From contig NMRA01000245.1 in assembly GCA_002633005.1 (NCBI GenBank), forward strand, positions 496,001 through 560,000: DNA of 64,000 nucleotides, in the 5' to 3' direction. Positions 38,551 to 53,341 of this stretch are shown here, in pieces. The notes below the pieces were generated by a model that ran no database searches, was not told the DNA's origin, and worked only from the letters and a program-made list of their open reading frames with translations. Each line of letters opens with the position of its first letter. Within the stretch, counting starts at the first letter, position 1. Made by a program: the position numbers and the translations under genes. Origin of the DNA: Phoronis australis (lineage: Eukaryota; Animalia; Phoronida).

Positions 38551-39435
38551 CCTTAGAAAGAAAAAATCTCTTTTTTTCAACCATATTGTGTTCTACACTG
38601 AAGACGTTTTAAGATACCCTTGAAGTATATTGTATCACGGCGTATTACATAGAATTTTTTCACATCATGCGTTGGTGTTACACACGGTCAGTGACACACA
38701 CACACACATATCTGACAACATTAATATACTATCAGACAAGAATCGTTAGTACACTGAAGCAAGAGATAACGTCACCCACGAAATAATAATTGGCGCTATG
38801 CTCTGTGCTTTTGATAATCAATAACAAATACATCATTCATCACAAACACGGGCTTTCACTTGCGTGCAGACAATTATTAGATTTATTAATGAGAAATAAT
38901 AATGCATAATAGTGATGAAACTTGATGTTTAGGTCTCTAATCACAAAAAGTTGAAAGGAAATTGAAAAGACAATGTACACAGTGAGCGGTTGTTGAACTT
39001 GTAAGAAGTAGTGAACAAACCCATGATGGGAATAGAATTCAGAGGATGAAACAAGCCGCACGTACATGACGCCCAGTTGAAACAAAACAGCACACGGAGC
39101 AGGTAACACACAACAGCTGATCGGGTTCAAGTGTGTGTATAAGAGCAACTGACACGGAGAACGTTGACACCGTTGCAGCCATTTTTGACTCTGGTTTGCG
39201 AGGTAGAGCAAGTTGCACTTGATCAGTTGCTCCAGTTCAATTACAGGTCACAAACTAGGGCTAGGCACAAAGGATCATCTTTGTTACGCTTGCACAAGAG
39301 CAGATACGGGTGATCCGCCGGTATTTCACATAGACTGGACCTTCACCATTGTCAATGCAAGCATCTACAGACAGTTTTCACGTAAATGGCTCATGTTGAT
39401 CCAGGCTAATAGCGGGTAAATGCTGCTTAAGTAGA

Positions 39436-39619
39436 GCAACTGGCACCGTGACAACTGGCACCATGACTATTCGCACCATGACAACTCGCACCGTGACAAC
39501 TCGCATCGTGAAAACTCGCACTACGACAACTCGCACCACGACAACTCACACCACGACAACTCGCATCGCGACAACTCGCATCGCGACAACTCATACTGTG
39601 ACAACTCGCGACTTGACAA
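39436..39619. repeat. 15-bp minisatellite ACAACTCGCACCRYG, ~12 copies
   Basis: Directly visible tandem units; they explain the repetitive ORFs at 39427-39693. Confidence 0.95.
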
Positions 39620-42160
39620 TAGTTCCTCGTGTAAAGCTCCCTCAAATGCAACCACTACATGGCCCATGGAGGTCATTTACCCCAGTAATATAAATCATAA
39701 GTTCTGACCTACACTTTTTGGCAAAACCTAAGTAACAAATGTCCCAAAGACAAAAAACATAATGAAACAATTATTTTGTAAATAAATAGGAAACTTTCAC
39801 TGTTTAGTATTGTGAGGGCACGCCTGACCCAATTACTAAATCCTGGTTTGCAAGACCAGCCATTTGAGACGGTGCCCATTTGTGTGTGAATCATGTGAAC
39901 GTCTAGCAGCACAAAACGGCAATTTGACAGCAAGTTGGTCGCAAAGAATTAACAAAAAAATGCTGAGAAATATCCCACTGCATTGAACCCTTCAAGTATG
40001 CAGTTGGCTATGCACCAACTGTACCCTACATCATCAAGTGGCAAGTCAAATTTCATCACCATACCACTATATCGAAAAAGGGCTACTCCCAATGTCATTT
40101 TCTTGTGGGTTGTGCTTCGTGTGCAGAACGTGTTAATAACGGCCGCTAATGTGTACTCAGAGGCCAGCCTATTCATCATAATTTCCAATAAAACTAATTG
40201 ACAGAAATTACGAGAAAAACTGTCTCTGCGCATATCAATTTTGAATGCAATTTTTTTTCATTTGTAAGCCATGGTTTTTACTGTGCACGTAAACCTTTCC
40301 AGAACATTACCGCCATCTACCATAAGCGTCGTGATCAGGATTTAACTTATTGATTATAAGCTCAAACAATACAATTCCCATGGGTGACCAGATTTCGCAA
40401 AAGAAATGTTGCGTCACGTGTCGTATACATACAAACACGGCACGCTCATTGCCACAGCTAATTTGATTCAGTAATTAGCCCATGTCTGCATTAATTTCAA
40501 TAAATCGCAAAACATAAATTTGTAAACTGCCAAAGATAATGTTAGAACATATTTTCTTCACGTGTACAGGGTGCCCGTGGGAAGAAAATGGTAATCGGTA
40601 GAATCCAAGGCCGTGATGGCTAAATAACACCTAAGTATGATTAATCCATTTTGGGGCACATTAACTAGAATTAGTGACAGAGCCGGGGCTGCATAATTTA
40701 GGTTAATATTGGCTGCATTGTGTCCGTCGTAACATAATGGTTGACACTGCATGGCTATGGAGGCACATGGATTATGTTCAGTTCACCAAGTGGGTGAAAA
40801 ATACGCCACAAAAATCAATAACCGGATTGATTTTGATGAGCAATTAACAACATATGAGCTTATGAGAATTTCTTCAGGTCATTTATCTTAAGTTAAAAGT
40901 GCTCCATCGGAATTAACCCAGTTCTCGTAAGTACAGGGATTATTAAAGTCAACAACCCCATGTCTGTGTCTGACAACTTCTGATCAGAAACAACTTTCAA
41001 AGGACTATGACAAAATGGTAGAATGTCTCAAAACAATGGTGACGTAACGCCAGTAACCACGGCAACTATCCTCCAACTGACAAGAACAATTACAACCATA
41101 ACTACTGAAAAAGTGTCCCATTGACCATGTAATGTGAAACAACTCCACAAAACCCTTCTTATTTGGGTTAACGGTCTTGGTCAGCTTTCTACACTTCCAA
41201 ATTCTTTACAATAAACACCCACATTTGGCTTAGCGCATAATTGATATCTCCCTGAAAGTGCCAAATGAATGTCCATCTCATGAGAATTTTAGATCCCACA
41301 TAGGTAACTTGTTTAACTTTGAGTCAACAATCTGTCAGTTTCAACTATACCTTGCCATATTCGCACTTTTTGGGTAAGAAGTGGTAAAATGGATGGTTTG
41401 GTATATGTACATTCCAATGCTTGAGTGCAAAAATGGGAGAAACATTTGTAGGAGGGAAGCCACTGTTTGGATGTCCCTCACCGACTTCTCAAAACACTTT
41501 CAAAACACTTTCGTTTTTTGAACACCACGCTCAGCTTAACATACATCCCTTGATTTTTAATTGAAGTGCCTAGAGTATTGACCAAGAAATGTAAAGAATT
41601 GTGTTTTCATTTCCCATGAGTTTCTAGGACATTGTGCATTACTTTAGTATTTCTCGTGCCAAAAGCAGACATAAAAGTAAATCTGCAAATTATAGCTGCC
41701 AATGGTAACTAAATGTGTGAACTCAAAGATATGGCTTACAAAATATGCCTTTTGCATTTATTTTATGAAATTTTGTATGAGCCTTCCGTGACTTTTTGCA
41801 CATTTCGTTTGCTATGAAACTATTTCCGTCATTTTCTCAGTTTTCTATAGTGAGCAGGAGTCATGTGCAGACCTCAAGGAGACAAATCTGAGAGCCACTT
41901 CACTACCAGTTCACGTGGGCATACCCCTGACTGTTTAAGGAATGCCCCTAACGCTCTTCGTTACTTACAAACAAAAATGACTAATAGCGGAACAACCACT
42001 AGGAATATTTTTTCACTTGCCAGATGTACGTTAGACACTTAGGCAGCATTTTGATTAAAAAGGCATTAGAATTGGTCATGTTCCTTATTTACTGCTCTTG
42101 TATGTAGATATTTTTCATTGATAAAATGCTAAATTATAAATTCTGCAGAAATGATGGTGC

Positions 42161-42209
42161 AATAATAATAATAATAATAATAATAACAATAATAATAACA
42201 ATAATAATA

Positions 42210-42240
<31 letters not shown>
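42161..42240. repeat. Compound microsatellite (AAT)n(TGA)10
   Basis: Directly visible. Confidence 0.97.
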
Positions 42241-44555
42241 GTATAATAAAACAATAAACACAATAATAAATGCCCACAGGTGACATGCTGACCAGACTTA
42301 GAAACTATTGCAATGACAACTTTACTTAAAACTCTTCTTTTACAACCAGACTCCAGAAAATATTTACCACAACCCCAAAACCTGTTTTGTAAGCAAAAAG
42401 GTTTCTGTAAACTGTTGAAAGCTGGAATGCTTACACAGAACACTTGAGCATGAAAACTGTTCCAGTTAGTGGTTTTCAAGTAAACCATGCATCAAAAATG
42501 CATATTGCAAGAAAGGTCAGTCAGCTATGAAGGCTATGAATAAGCCATATTGCAGCATTATTAGGCATAACGATTGAATGATGATCTAATTGCAGATTTT
42601 CATTAAAACCATATGGCTATAAAAATCGATAGGAAACTGGAACCATTCTGAGAAATATAAAGTAAAAGTATTTACAGTACACAAAGGTCCCAGAGCAAAA
42701 AAAACAGCAGGCAAAAAAACATAACTAGTGTTCATTGAAGCATGCAAAAGATGTGCTATTATTAAAAATGCAGCCGGGTGCGGTCACGCTTCACAGAATT
42801 GGGAGGGTCTTTGGACTATTCTATTATAAAAATTCTGGCAATGAATTCTTCTGCAGAGCCACTGGCACAGGTCTCTAATATATCTTAATTACCTTACAGT
42901 TTGACCGTGAGCGCCCAAGTGCCCAGCTGTAAAAACGATTGACTGATCAGAGGATACTTCAGAGGATTAGAAGGAAGTTACCAGTGTGAGGAACCAATGG
43001 TTTTCTAAAGCAGTGGCAAACCTCGAGACTATCAATAGACAAATGGACAGACATGACCAACCTAGCAGTATTTGAAAAAGTGGATTACTTAAGCCATTAG
43101 GCAACGGCAACAACAGATGTTTTGTGGAGATAATTTGATCAGGTGAGGCTTTTTATACTAAACTTTGAGAAAGATTAGACGAGTAGGGCTAAAGATTGCG
43201 TTCCTTCAAGATATGATATTGAACTAACAAAATAACACATTTATTGTCAAGAGCCTGACACAATATTTATGGGCGTGGATTAACAATTTATTTGCTTAAT
43301 TTCAACAGTTTGAGATTCTAGGTGCGAGAGCGGAATTTCATAAGTCATTCCTCAAATATGTAGAGAGTAAAATGGACATTACAATTTATTTCATTAAAAT
43401 GAAATGGAACATTTCAATCCTTTCCACATTACTTTCATAGAATTAAAAATGCTATCTACCTGTCAAAACATGTTTAGAAATATTTTTGACGGAATATTAT
43501 GCAATTAAGCAAAAAAATAACAGAATTCTTATTAAACGCTGAAACTTAAGAATACTACAAGTAAAACATCCTCGAAACAAATTTAATAAAATAGCTCTAT
43601 CATTTGATTAATAATGACGATGATGACGGTGGTTATGGTTGAGCTTGACAAAACATAAAAATGAGCTTCTAGATCAAAGCTAAAATCAAATCTTTGTATG
43701 GGGAGATAAATTAAATGAAATTAAGTAACTTGTCTTGGTAGAGCTCTAAAGCTTGCACTTTTTATTCATGTTATTTATGAGTTTGTAAAACTTTACATCT
43801 TTCATATCACACCCTCATAATGAGGGAAAAGTGCCCGTGCTTTTGAAACAACTGACGAATACTTTTATTTTTATGCAAATTACTCATTAGTTCATAACAA
43901 TTTATTAATCTAGAATTTTCCCCTTAGAATCCCAGCGACTTTCTCTCAGAACTCTTGAAGACAATCGGCACATGGTGTTATTGCCAGAACGGATTCCTCA
44001 AGCTCATGTTTGCAGCTATTCCACGGAGGTTGATCGTGTACATTAACTTCATTTTTTCACATAATTATCTCACCCGCGAGTCAAACCTTCCAGTATTCTG
44101 CCGCCATGTGGCCAGCAATTAAAGCGTCATTAATCAGTTGTAAGAATCAGCTGTAACTAATATAGATGACTCGTTTTCTACTATCACTAACCTTCACTTA
44201 ATTTAAGTGGTGATGCAGTGTGATACAACAAAACAAATCTTGTATGCCTAAATCAGCTACAACAAATGGCAAAAATTAAATATCTAAATACACAAAAATC
44301 TTAGGCACTGGCTTAAAAAAACAACAAAATTCCAAATAAAATAGGCAAAATGTTGATCAACTACATCTTACTTACGGCAGGTGCATCTGAACAGACGTCC
44401 GACAAAATCTCGCCAAAGTGGGGCACAATATGTCCAACAAGTGAAATAATATTGTATTTCATGATTTAGTGACTTAGTAAGCCCTCAGGTTTTGAGCAGT
44501 AACAAATAGTCAATTTTTCCATAGGCTTGTAACTGCTTTTTGTACATGTATTCTG

Positions 44556-44974
44556 CCGTAAACGTTTGGGTTAACGCCCGTGCTCAGTTAACCGCCCACC
44601 CCCTTCTTTAGGTGGATTTTCGATTTAACCGCCCACTGCTCGGTTAAGCGCCCCCCTGCAATTTTTGAAGATTTCCAGTTAAGCGCCCACCTCTCGGTTA
44701 AGCGCCCATCCCCGACTTTTATAGAATGAAGATTTAGCACCCAGTGCTAAGGAAACGCGCGATTCCCCGACTTTTAGAAAAAGATCGATGATCACAATGA
44801 GCACAACGACGCCGGGCCTCCGAGACGGTGGTTTAGCAATGTGAATTGCAATTATACAAGTAACGAGTTATTGCCTTGGGTCATGGACTCACTTCAAAAT
44901 ATAATACTTCAACGTTTTTGTCACTTTAATTTTCTTCCCATGTTTGCAAAGTTTAAGAACCCAAACGTTTATGG
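44556..44974. mobile_element. Non-autonomous Tc2/pogo-like element, 419 bp (internally deleted)
   Basis: TIR CCGTAAACGTTTGGGTT vs right reverse complement CCATAAACGTTTGGGTT (16/17); flanks TG/TA. The left arm has ~6 TTAA(G/C)CGCCC repeats. Confidence 0.85.
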
Positions 44975-46795
44975 TAAGTTGTCTCCCCTGAACACCAACT
45001 GAAAGTCCCACTCCAAATCACCATGGGTCAGTGGTTACGAATTATGAATTATTAAAGTGTCACTCTGTTGGGACCAGTTTTTGACTTCTAAGTAAAAATG
45101 ACCAAACTGGATAACTCAATGACCCTATTAGTGGACAAACAAATTGGGGTTTGTAAAGCTTATAACCTGGGCTATAACCCCTTTATAGAACTTAAAGCTG
45201 TAACACGACTGACTTGCAGTGCTTTATGATATAATTTCAAAATATGCACCTTGTATTATTCTGATCTAAGTCTTCCAAGGAGTTAGGATAAGTATGTATG
45301 ACAAGTGGTAGACATCCTTGTCAATCTTGAAATTCTTTCTAACTGGAAGAAAGGATGTCCCATCTGGAAAACCTCCAGAGGGAAAAATCCAAACTTCCTG
45401 ACAAATGGAAAACAGCATGAGGTAGAGTAAGTCCAGTCTATAACTTGAGAAAGACAATACTACCCTAATGAGCTAAGCAGATGTTCTACAGAAATCATTT
45501 CTTTGAAATATGTTCTTTTGTTAAGTTAATTAGTGAAAACAGCGTTCAAGTGCAAAAAAAAAATTATTCCGACAGACACACATACATCTGCTTCAACGCT
45601 GTTCTGAAGACAAAGAAGACGGGTAATAAACATCAACTCCAGAACTTGGGTGTAATGGTTATGGCAATATTTCCTAAAATTTGCACAAAAGTAATCGCTT
45701 AAGTAGTTATTATTATTTAATACCTCCTCGCATTGTTAAAATGCTCAAATTTCACTGTGTATCTGGTGTTGACAGCTGTACAGTATAAATTGTGCAAATA
45801 ATGAAGTAAAGTTTACTTCCTGCTTCTTTTCTGAAACTGTCTTGTGTTCTGTAATATTGTTTTCTAAACTGAAGAAACTCTGAGTTCCTTCACTATAGAG
45901 ACCCCCAAAACAGCAGCAAACCAATTTATGTTCAGGACATTTTTACCTGAAGCAGTTCAAAAATAGAAATATGAGCGCCTGGATGGCATAATTCAACCTG
46001 TGAATTCTTTTATAATAAGTTTCCTATGAAGAACTATTCGAAAACAAAAACGAATGCCAACTGTAGAATAAATTATAAATTGATTTCAAAGTAGTTGACG
46101 TTTATTTAACCTGCGCGCTGAAACAATGAACACATTTAGGTCTCTAGCCAAGACACAGGCTCTGATTACGGAGTAAGCCACAGAAAAGCAGCAAAATTTG
46201 ATTAATATAAAATGCCTACCCACTCTGTTGTAATAAAATCATGACATGTAAAAGCCTAGACGCACCTTACAATTTGAAATTCACATTATCTATATAATAA
46301 ACCGTTAAGTATCTGATCTCCACCCAAAATCTCCTAAAAAACTGCCACTTGGACTGAGTAGAAAAATGGTCTACTTTGCCTATCTTGGTCCCTCCACCAA
46401 CAGTAACAGTTCTGTATTATTGAACCTCGTCATTCATATTTAGTTTGTAGGTTCTTTCCAGGCATCAGATTGGTGCCACAATGGAATGCACACCCGTACC
46501 GTGTTGTTCTACGAAGCCATTCAGCCTTATGGATTTTATCTTTCACAGGTTTCGGATCTCACTGAACATTTAAGCTGTCACTCCTTAGGAAATTCCTAGT
46601 GGTCTTGGCAATTTTTACTTGTTTTTTTTTTCTGTGACATTATCAAGGCAGTACATCTGTGAAGGAAATGGGGCTGAAGGAATGCAGGTGGTCCAATAAA
46701 CATGATAATCATGGAGAGCGTGTTTACATTCTGTAACAAACAAGATCTATAATAAACAAGTACCCAGTTAGCTAACATTGCCAACCATGCACATA

Positions 46796-47094
46796 CAGGG
46801 GCAGATCCAGGATTTTGAGTTAGGGGGGGAGGGGCAGGGCACAGGAATAACCAGAATTTCGCTTCCAGCCTAAAATATAGGGATGCAGGGTTTCGGATAA
46901 TTTGGGTTTGCGGACCTTATTACTAAAAAAAGGTAAATGGGGTTTGTTCAAGACCTATGCGTTGTGTATTTGTCCCCCGAACCCCTGGGTGTGCGCGTAT
47001 GCTAGTCACCAATTCGCACCCCGATCTGCCAAATGGTATCTGGGAGAATTTTTGGGGGGCCATGGCCCCCTTGGTCCCCCAAAATCTGCCACTG
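46796..47094. mobile_element. GC-rich TIR element (CAG(G/T)GGCAGAT termini) with imperfect 5-bp TSD
   Basis: CAGGGGCAGATCCAGG ... AAAATCTGCCACTG; flanks ACATA (46791-46795) and ACATG (47095-47099). Subterminal GGGGGCCATGGCCCCC palindrome. Confidence 0.75.
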
Positions 47095-47558
47095 ACATGT
47101 CAATTATTGAATGCTGAAGATGAGAAGCTGATGTCACAATCACACGGTTAAACTTCACTAATTATAACTTGAGGTGATTTTTACTAATTGATTACACATG
47201 TGGTTCGATAAGATCACTTGAAAATCATAACATACCCGTCTTGATCTTAAAAAAATAAATTTGAAATAAAAAATAAGAATAGAATCTCTCTGTATCACAA
47301 AATTCAGAGCACAACTGCTTGCAGTGACTGTAATCCCATTATAAATAGTTCTTTCTAAGATGTCAAGATGAAAGATGATAGTTCTACAAAAATTCAGAAA
47401 TGACTTATCCAGATATCACACTTCCTACTTCTCTCTATACACATGGCCTTGTCATCAGATGCATTGCCTGCTAAAATCGTTACAAGCACAAAGATTATTG
47501 TGAAGTTTGCCTAACCTCCATTATCAAGTTATTATTTAGAAGCTGGATAGACAACTTA

Positions 47559-48316
47559 CCATAAACATTCGGGTGAACGCACATATCCACGCAAGTGCCC
47601 ACATACTATTTTTGAAAATTTATAGATAAAGTGCCCACTGCTCAGCTAAGCACCTCTGCTCCATTTTTGGAATATTTAAAGTAAGCACCCATTGTTCGAA
47701 CAAGATACCACATGTAATTTAAGGCTATCATTTTTGAAACAGTAAGATGCGCTTTCAAGAGTAGAAACTATACTAATTTTGAGTTGCGAGTTACGGCGAA
47801 GAGTTACAGTCATTGCCGCAGATATTGTACTCTTTTAGTGCCTTCTGCAGTGAATCATACCAAGAATACGTAGTCCTTTGACACTTGGCTTACCTCAAAC
47901 TCTAACTGCTGCCTGGTGGTTTGGTAATTGGCCACATTATGTTGCACACCCAGCAGAAATAATGGGGAACGTATATTGCAACATTAAAGAAACCTTTTAG
48001 GTTGTATAAGTCACCTTTCTTGTCCAATTTTCAAAATTTAAAAAATCTAATCATGTGTGCTTTTCACGAACTATTCAAATATGCTTTTAACAAATACATT
48101 TTCATAACTTGAATAAACATGTTGGCAGATTTAACTTTTCTGTTGGAAACTAAGCCTTGTCACAAATTCTTTGAAGTTCAGGTTTGTGGACTTCAATTTC
48201 GAAGGTCACAGGTGGCCAGGGTAATTCCCTGGCTCCAGTTAATCACCCATTTTTAGGCACCCACACCCAAGTTCTTGAAATTTCTTNGCCCACGGCATTA
48301 CCCCGAAAGTATACCA
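47559..48316. mobile_element. Older, diverged Tc2/pogo-like element of the CCGTAAAC family
   Basis: TA-CCATAAACATTCGGGT ... CCCGAAAGTATACCA-TA. AAGTGCCCAC/AAGCACCC subterminal repeats. The right part is homologous to 551-609 (inverted). Confidence 0.6.
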
Positions 48317-49930
48317 TATTCTCAGAAACAGCTTAGTACTTGCTCATCAAATTTAGCAAATAAACAAAACTATTACCACATCTCTTGCATTTATAGTACA
48401 AATTCAACAGAAATTCCATTACTCAGAAAAATATTACTAATTGCGCTATCACCAGTTAATAGCCAATCACTTACATGGGTCAAGTTTTAATAATCCAAGG
48501 CTGTAGAGGGAGACCATAAAGAAATTAGATTCAACACAATGATTAATTTCATTTTCTGACATCTTGATTTCACTTAGCAATTCAGTGCCAAAGGCAACCC
48601 AGTTAGCAGTACGCCAGCAAAGCATGCCGGTGCCAATCCGGTAATAGTCGGATATAGCGTGCTCGCATCTTGAGATCCAGTTTTCTCAACTGAATAAGTC
48701 ATCGAAATAGTTCTCAAAATGTACGCACGTTATATCCAATTATTGCTGCCACACCAGCTAGAAGTATGTAAGCAAAGCCCGACGGTCAAAATTTACTCAT
48801 GGTCTTGACGTTTCCACCTCCAACTTCCAAAATATCATGCATCGTAAATACATACCTGATAGATAGACAGATGTAGATTGATAGATAGGGAGATAAACTT
48901 TCAGATTGCTTCCTTTCAGCCATTGCTTAAAATCACAATATGCAAAATCGAAAGCAGTAATACAAAACATTATTGCCGTTCTTGTCTGCGATACTGTCCA
49001 GGGCATGTAAATTAAGAGAACTAAAAATCAGGGGGTGAGCATTTAAAACCGAACATGGGCGCTGGGGATCGGTGCTTACTCGGACGTAGGGTATCTTTCA
49101 TTTTTCCGATGCAAACATTACACACTTAATGAGTTGGCCACATGCCACTCACCAAATGCACGAGCCAAAAGCATCCATTTCATGTCTCCTTCAATAAAGA
49201 GCAGGAGAATAGAGCTGTTTTCTCACCGTGATAAGGAAAGATTTCACCAAAATTGACTGATCGTTTCTTAAAAATACCTAAGTTTCACCAACGTTGGTGT
49301 TGCAAAACGCATAAAACGCATCTTCATCACTAAAAATTGCGTACTGGCAGTTGAAATACCACATATATCACCTAGCTTGAAAAGTTGTACAAATCACAAT
49401 TCTTGACCCTTCCCTAACCCAAGCGTGAACTCATCCACCTCCATTTTATTTAACACCACCCATAACAGCATATACCGGTCAGTCCCACCACGTTTTAACA
49501 CAGCATTATTTCTATATACAAGTTTTTACCATATTTTACAACAGACAATCAGACCCTGGGCATTTTTTCATTAATTCCGTCATTTAACAAGAAATTTTTA
49601 ACTGACCGAGTTTTACAAGGGCTAATTTCAAACTTGATATTGCTAGTTTCAACAATGAACCAGCTGGTCCATAAAATGACTATAAATGCATGCTAAATAT
49701 TACCATGAACAAACTACCAGCATAGCATGTATGGGATCACTGAGTGCTTAACTCAGAGCTTCAGTCAGCCATGAGCGAACATTTTTCAATGAACTGTTGT
49801 TCAACTTATATTTGTTATACTGATAACTAGTGTCATGAATTTCCCCAAACAAGCGGCCCCACTATAGACCCATGGGCCCGTGTCTGGACACTTTGGGCAC
49901 ACCAGCTGCCGAAATTGTCCTTATTTGGTT

Positions 49931-50092
49931 TTTCAAGGGCTTCTAGCATTGTTGCGGATGTCAGTTGACAACATTTCAAAGCTGTGTGATGTGTGACAGT
50001 GGCTGTAGTATACTAAACTTGAACATGGACAAGCATCTAATTTGGTGCTGACATCCGTTGGCCATATCGTGTCCTAAATTGGAGAGATTTTA
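49931..50092 (+). repeat. Dispersed repeat family, copy 3
   Basis: Shares segments with both 33131-33300 and 38371-38550. Confidence 0.6.
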
Positions 50093-53000
50093 TTGTACTC
50101 TCAAAACTTCAATTTGGTTTCCAAAAATGAACGGTGTCTGAGGGAGCATTGAACAAGAACAGGGTTTTATGACAGACAGGACAAAGGTTCTGTTTGCTCG
50201 TCTACAAAATAACCTTAAAGCTGCATTCCATCCTGTCAAGTCGGCTAAAAACAAAAATCAAATTAGGCTTTTTGCTCTCATAAAATTGGTCTCATAATAT
50301 TCAGGTAAAGATTCTCCAGAGGGCAAAATTACCCACTGTTTAGACTGAAAACAATTTTGCCTGAAATTCAAGAAATACGACGAATGCAAAAATAGGGCAG
50401 AATGAATACAATTTAATTTTTGTGTGAGTTTCCGTGTCCCAAATTCTAGAGAATGTTCCAAAACAGGATCCTTTTTACCATACTAACTACAATGGGGCTC
50501 TATTTCAGATACCAACAAGACAATCAAAACCATCGGTGACTCAAGAAAACTTTCAAAGTTTATTGGCATTGGCCAACCCCAAAACTATGGATTCAAAGAT
50601 GGCGTGTGCACGCGTGACTGATTTTATGAGAGTAAACGGCATTTCTGTTTTTTTAGTCTGTTAAACAAGCTGTAAATAGCTTTAATAAGTACCTAACTTA
50701 CACAGATGTTGGTCCTCATTGCATGTTCAACTCGATGACATATATTTCGTTCATAGAACCCATTTGCGAAAGTACATCCAGACTCATATTTGAGGTACTG
50801 GGAAGTGAAAATATGCCCTGGGACTTACTATTAGAAAATCCCAATAGAAATTATTTCACAGGGTGCACCCAAACCTGTAAATTGTTGACAAAGAGATTCA
50901 CGTCTGTATATTAGTATTTTGATGAACCTGCAGTGGCCATGTATAAACTAAGAGTCTACACAGACACATCAAGACATCTACCATAACACAATTTCTAAAT
51001 TCAAAGATTTTCACAAACATGTATGTAATGCAAATTCTTAATTCAAAAAGAGACGACTACATTTAACTCAAGCAACTGCTTTAAAATTCTATCAACAAAA
51101 GCTTCCTCTTAACATACAAAGTATTGTTAAAGTTTCAGTAGGGTATTCAAAGGTTTAAGCAAATGATCATCAGGTCTGCTTACAAAATGTTTGAACCATA
51201 CTCAACTACTCAACAATTTGCCGGTGGATTAGTTTTTTGTCTGTTTTTGCAAGGATATCTGATTTCCGATTTGCGTGAGTGTGAAATTGGTTTGTAATTG
51301 AGACAAGCCAATAGTTAGTTGCTACACACTACACAAAACTGGGCAATAGGTAACGGTCATATCAGCAGAAGTGAAAAATTAATTATTTTGGTCAAGGTCA
51401 GAGCTTACACTAAAATTTAGAATCAGGCAATGTTGGCAGTCCCAAATTCAAGAACCGTGAGAAACATGAAGTTTGCATTGGCAGCTACTTCTGACGATTT
51501 TATCTCAGACTTTGTTGCTACAAAACGCTGTGTCCAATTCGATTAACGACAAAAGTGTCCATGTCCCAATCTTCAGAATCAAGCAAATTCAATTAATGTT
51601 AGCTTGAATTTCAGTGTCCCAAATTTTAGAGATTGCCAGATTGGAAAATTTTTACCCTACCTTGTATTTCTAACCTGGTTTCCACCAAGCATTAGCTTGT
51701 CTGCAGGCGATTTTATGAAAACGAGCGACATAAGCACAAGTTTTTAATTTTGCGGTAATGAGACAATAGTACTCACTTGGGCATTCTAAACAAAGTCATT
51801 AATCTGGCGAAATTTGAATTTTGTGATAGGATGAAGACAAGGACAGAGGGATCATTAAATACATTTTATTCAAACAAATTCCTTGTAAATAATTTGGAAA
51901 TGGTTTCTACTGCTTGTTGAAAGCATGTAGTGTACTGACTCCAGTACAACTCATAACTGATGAATGTGTTACCCTGGGTTGGAAAAAAATAGCGCTGTAA
52001 CAGTGAATTTTTTAGCACGGAGGAACAAAACCAATGCAGAAATAGTAGACTGAAAGTAATGCATGTTCCAGGCATTGGGGGGGGGGGTGTAATATTTATG
52101 TTTGGCATGAAATAAAGGGATCTTCATTGATGCCCAGAAGGTAACTCTGTATATGGAGGCCCGTCTCACATTTAAAGAAAATCTGTTAAAAATCATTCTT
52201 TTAAACACTGTTGATCTAAAACTCGGGAGCGAAAAGTTGAAAACTTTGCTTTACTGCTGAACTTTCAATTAATTCAGAAAAGTGGAAAATTTTTCATAAC
52301 TGTCCCAAGTTGTCATGGAGGTGGCCTGTTTTTGTAAGAGGTCTCTCACTAGAACAGAAAATCACCAGGATGCCAGACTGATCATTAACTGTATGCTCTA
52401 ATCATCACACTGGCCACAGTTAACTACCTCATGCCCAAATGTTTTAGAGCTCAGGACACAGTGTTTACCCAACAAATGGGCATCATGTGACCAAAAGATC
52501 GTAAAAAAAAACTAGCAGCCAACAGGAAATACATGGATTTTTTGATATTGATCCACTGCCTTGTGCCCATAGGGAGAGTAAGGAGTAGAAACTGACGAGA
52601 CAACACATGACAAGATCTTTTATCATTTATAATGAATGGGCAACAGGGGTGCCCCTTGTGGAATCAGCTTCATCAATTCGAGTTGCCGATGAATTAGGAG
52701 AAAACTTGGATTAAATAAGACAGAATACACTCAAGCGGAACATCGTTACTAAGGGCCCAAGTCTACTGGGACAGCAGTAATTGAAGCTAATTGAAATGAC
52801 TACATAAGAAAGCTTGGCTGCAAATCTTAAAAGTTCAACAGCACAACTAAATGGCAACGCGTGTGCTGGTGATTGGCTGATACTCGGCGCTTTTGAAGGG
52901 TATTTCACTGATTCAAAAATTAACAGAATAGTATAAAGAATTAATGCAATCCATCAACGATGTCCAGTAAAAAAGTCAGTTGCAAAAAATAATTTTAACA

Positions 53001-53308
53001 TGAAATAAGATCTTGAACAAGGCAAACAGTAAAATTGTGCAATACCCCACCAAACACCCCTGGATAAAAACACAGTCAGGATGCAGTCCTGAGATGTACT
53101 AGTCAACAGTCAACATCTAACACTGATATAATGCCGCTGCCAGAAAAAAGAAGATTCTAGACAGCAGCAGCACCAAAACTCAAGTTGTTAAACTTATCAT
53201 TGATCATTGTTGTGTCATTATAATGCCATCTAAAATATTAATCACAAAAACATTGGTTTTACACGTCAGTATGGGCATCAATTTTCCTGTATCATTTATT
53301 TAACATGC

Positions 53309-53331
53309 TTGTTTTTCTTCTTTTTTTTCAG
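53309..53331 (+). promoter_or_regulatory. 3' splice acceptor of a 5'-UTR intron of the GPCR gene (exon would start at 53332)
   Basis: TTGTTTTTCTTCTTTTTTTTCAG polypyrimidine tract plus CAG, with a TTTAAC branch-point-like motif just upstream. The exon start lies 228 nt before the ATG. Confidence 0.7.
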
Positions 53332-53341
53332 AAACACGCAC

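Noticed and set aside
39427-39693. Repetitive ORFs (ASCHG/TTTR repeats); superficially CRISPR- or mucin-like array
   Set aside because: Products of a 15-bp minisatellite with contiguous units, no unique spacers, no cas genes and no splice or start context.
42129-42488. ORF with poly-His/poly-Tyr
   Set aside because: Translation of the (AAT)n(TGA)n microsatellite.
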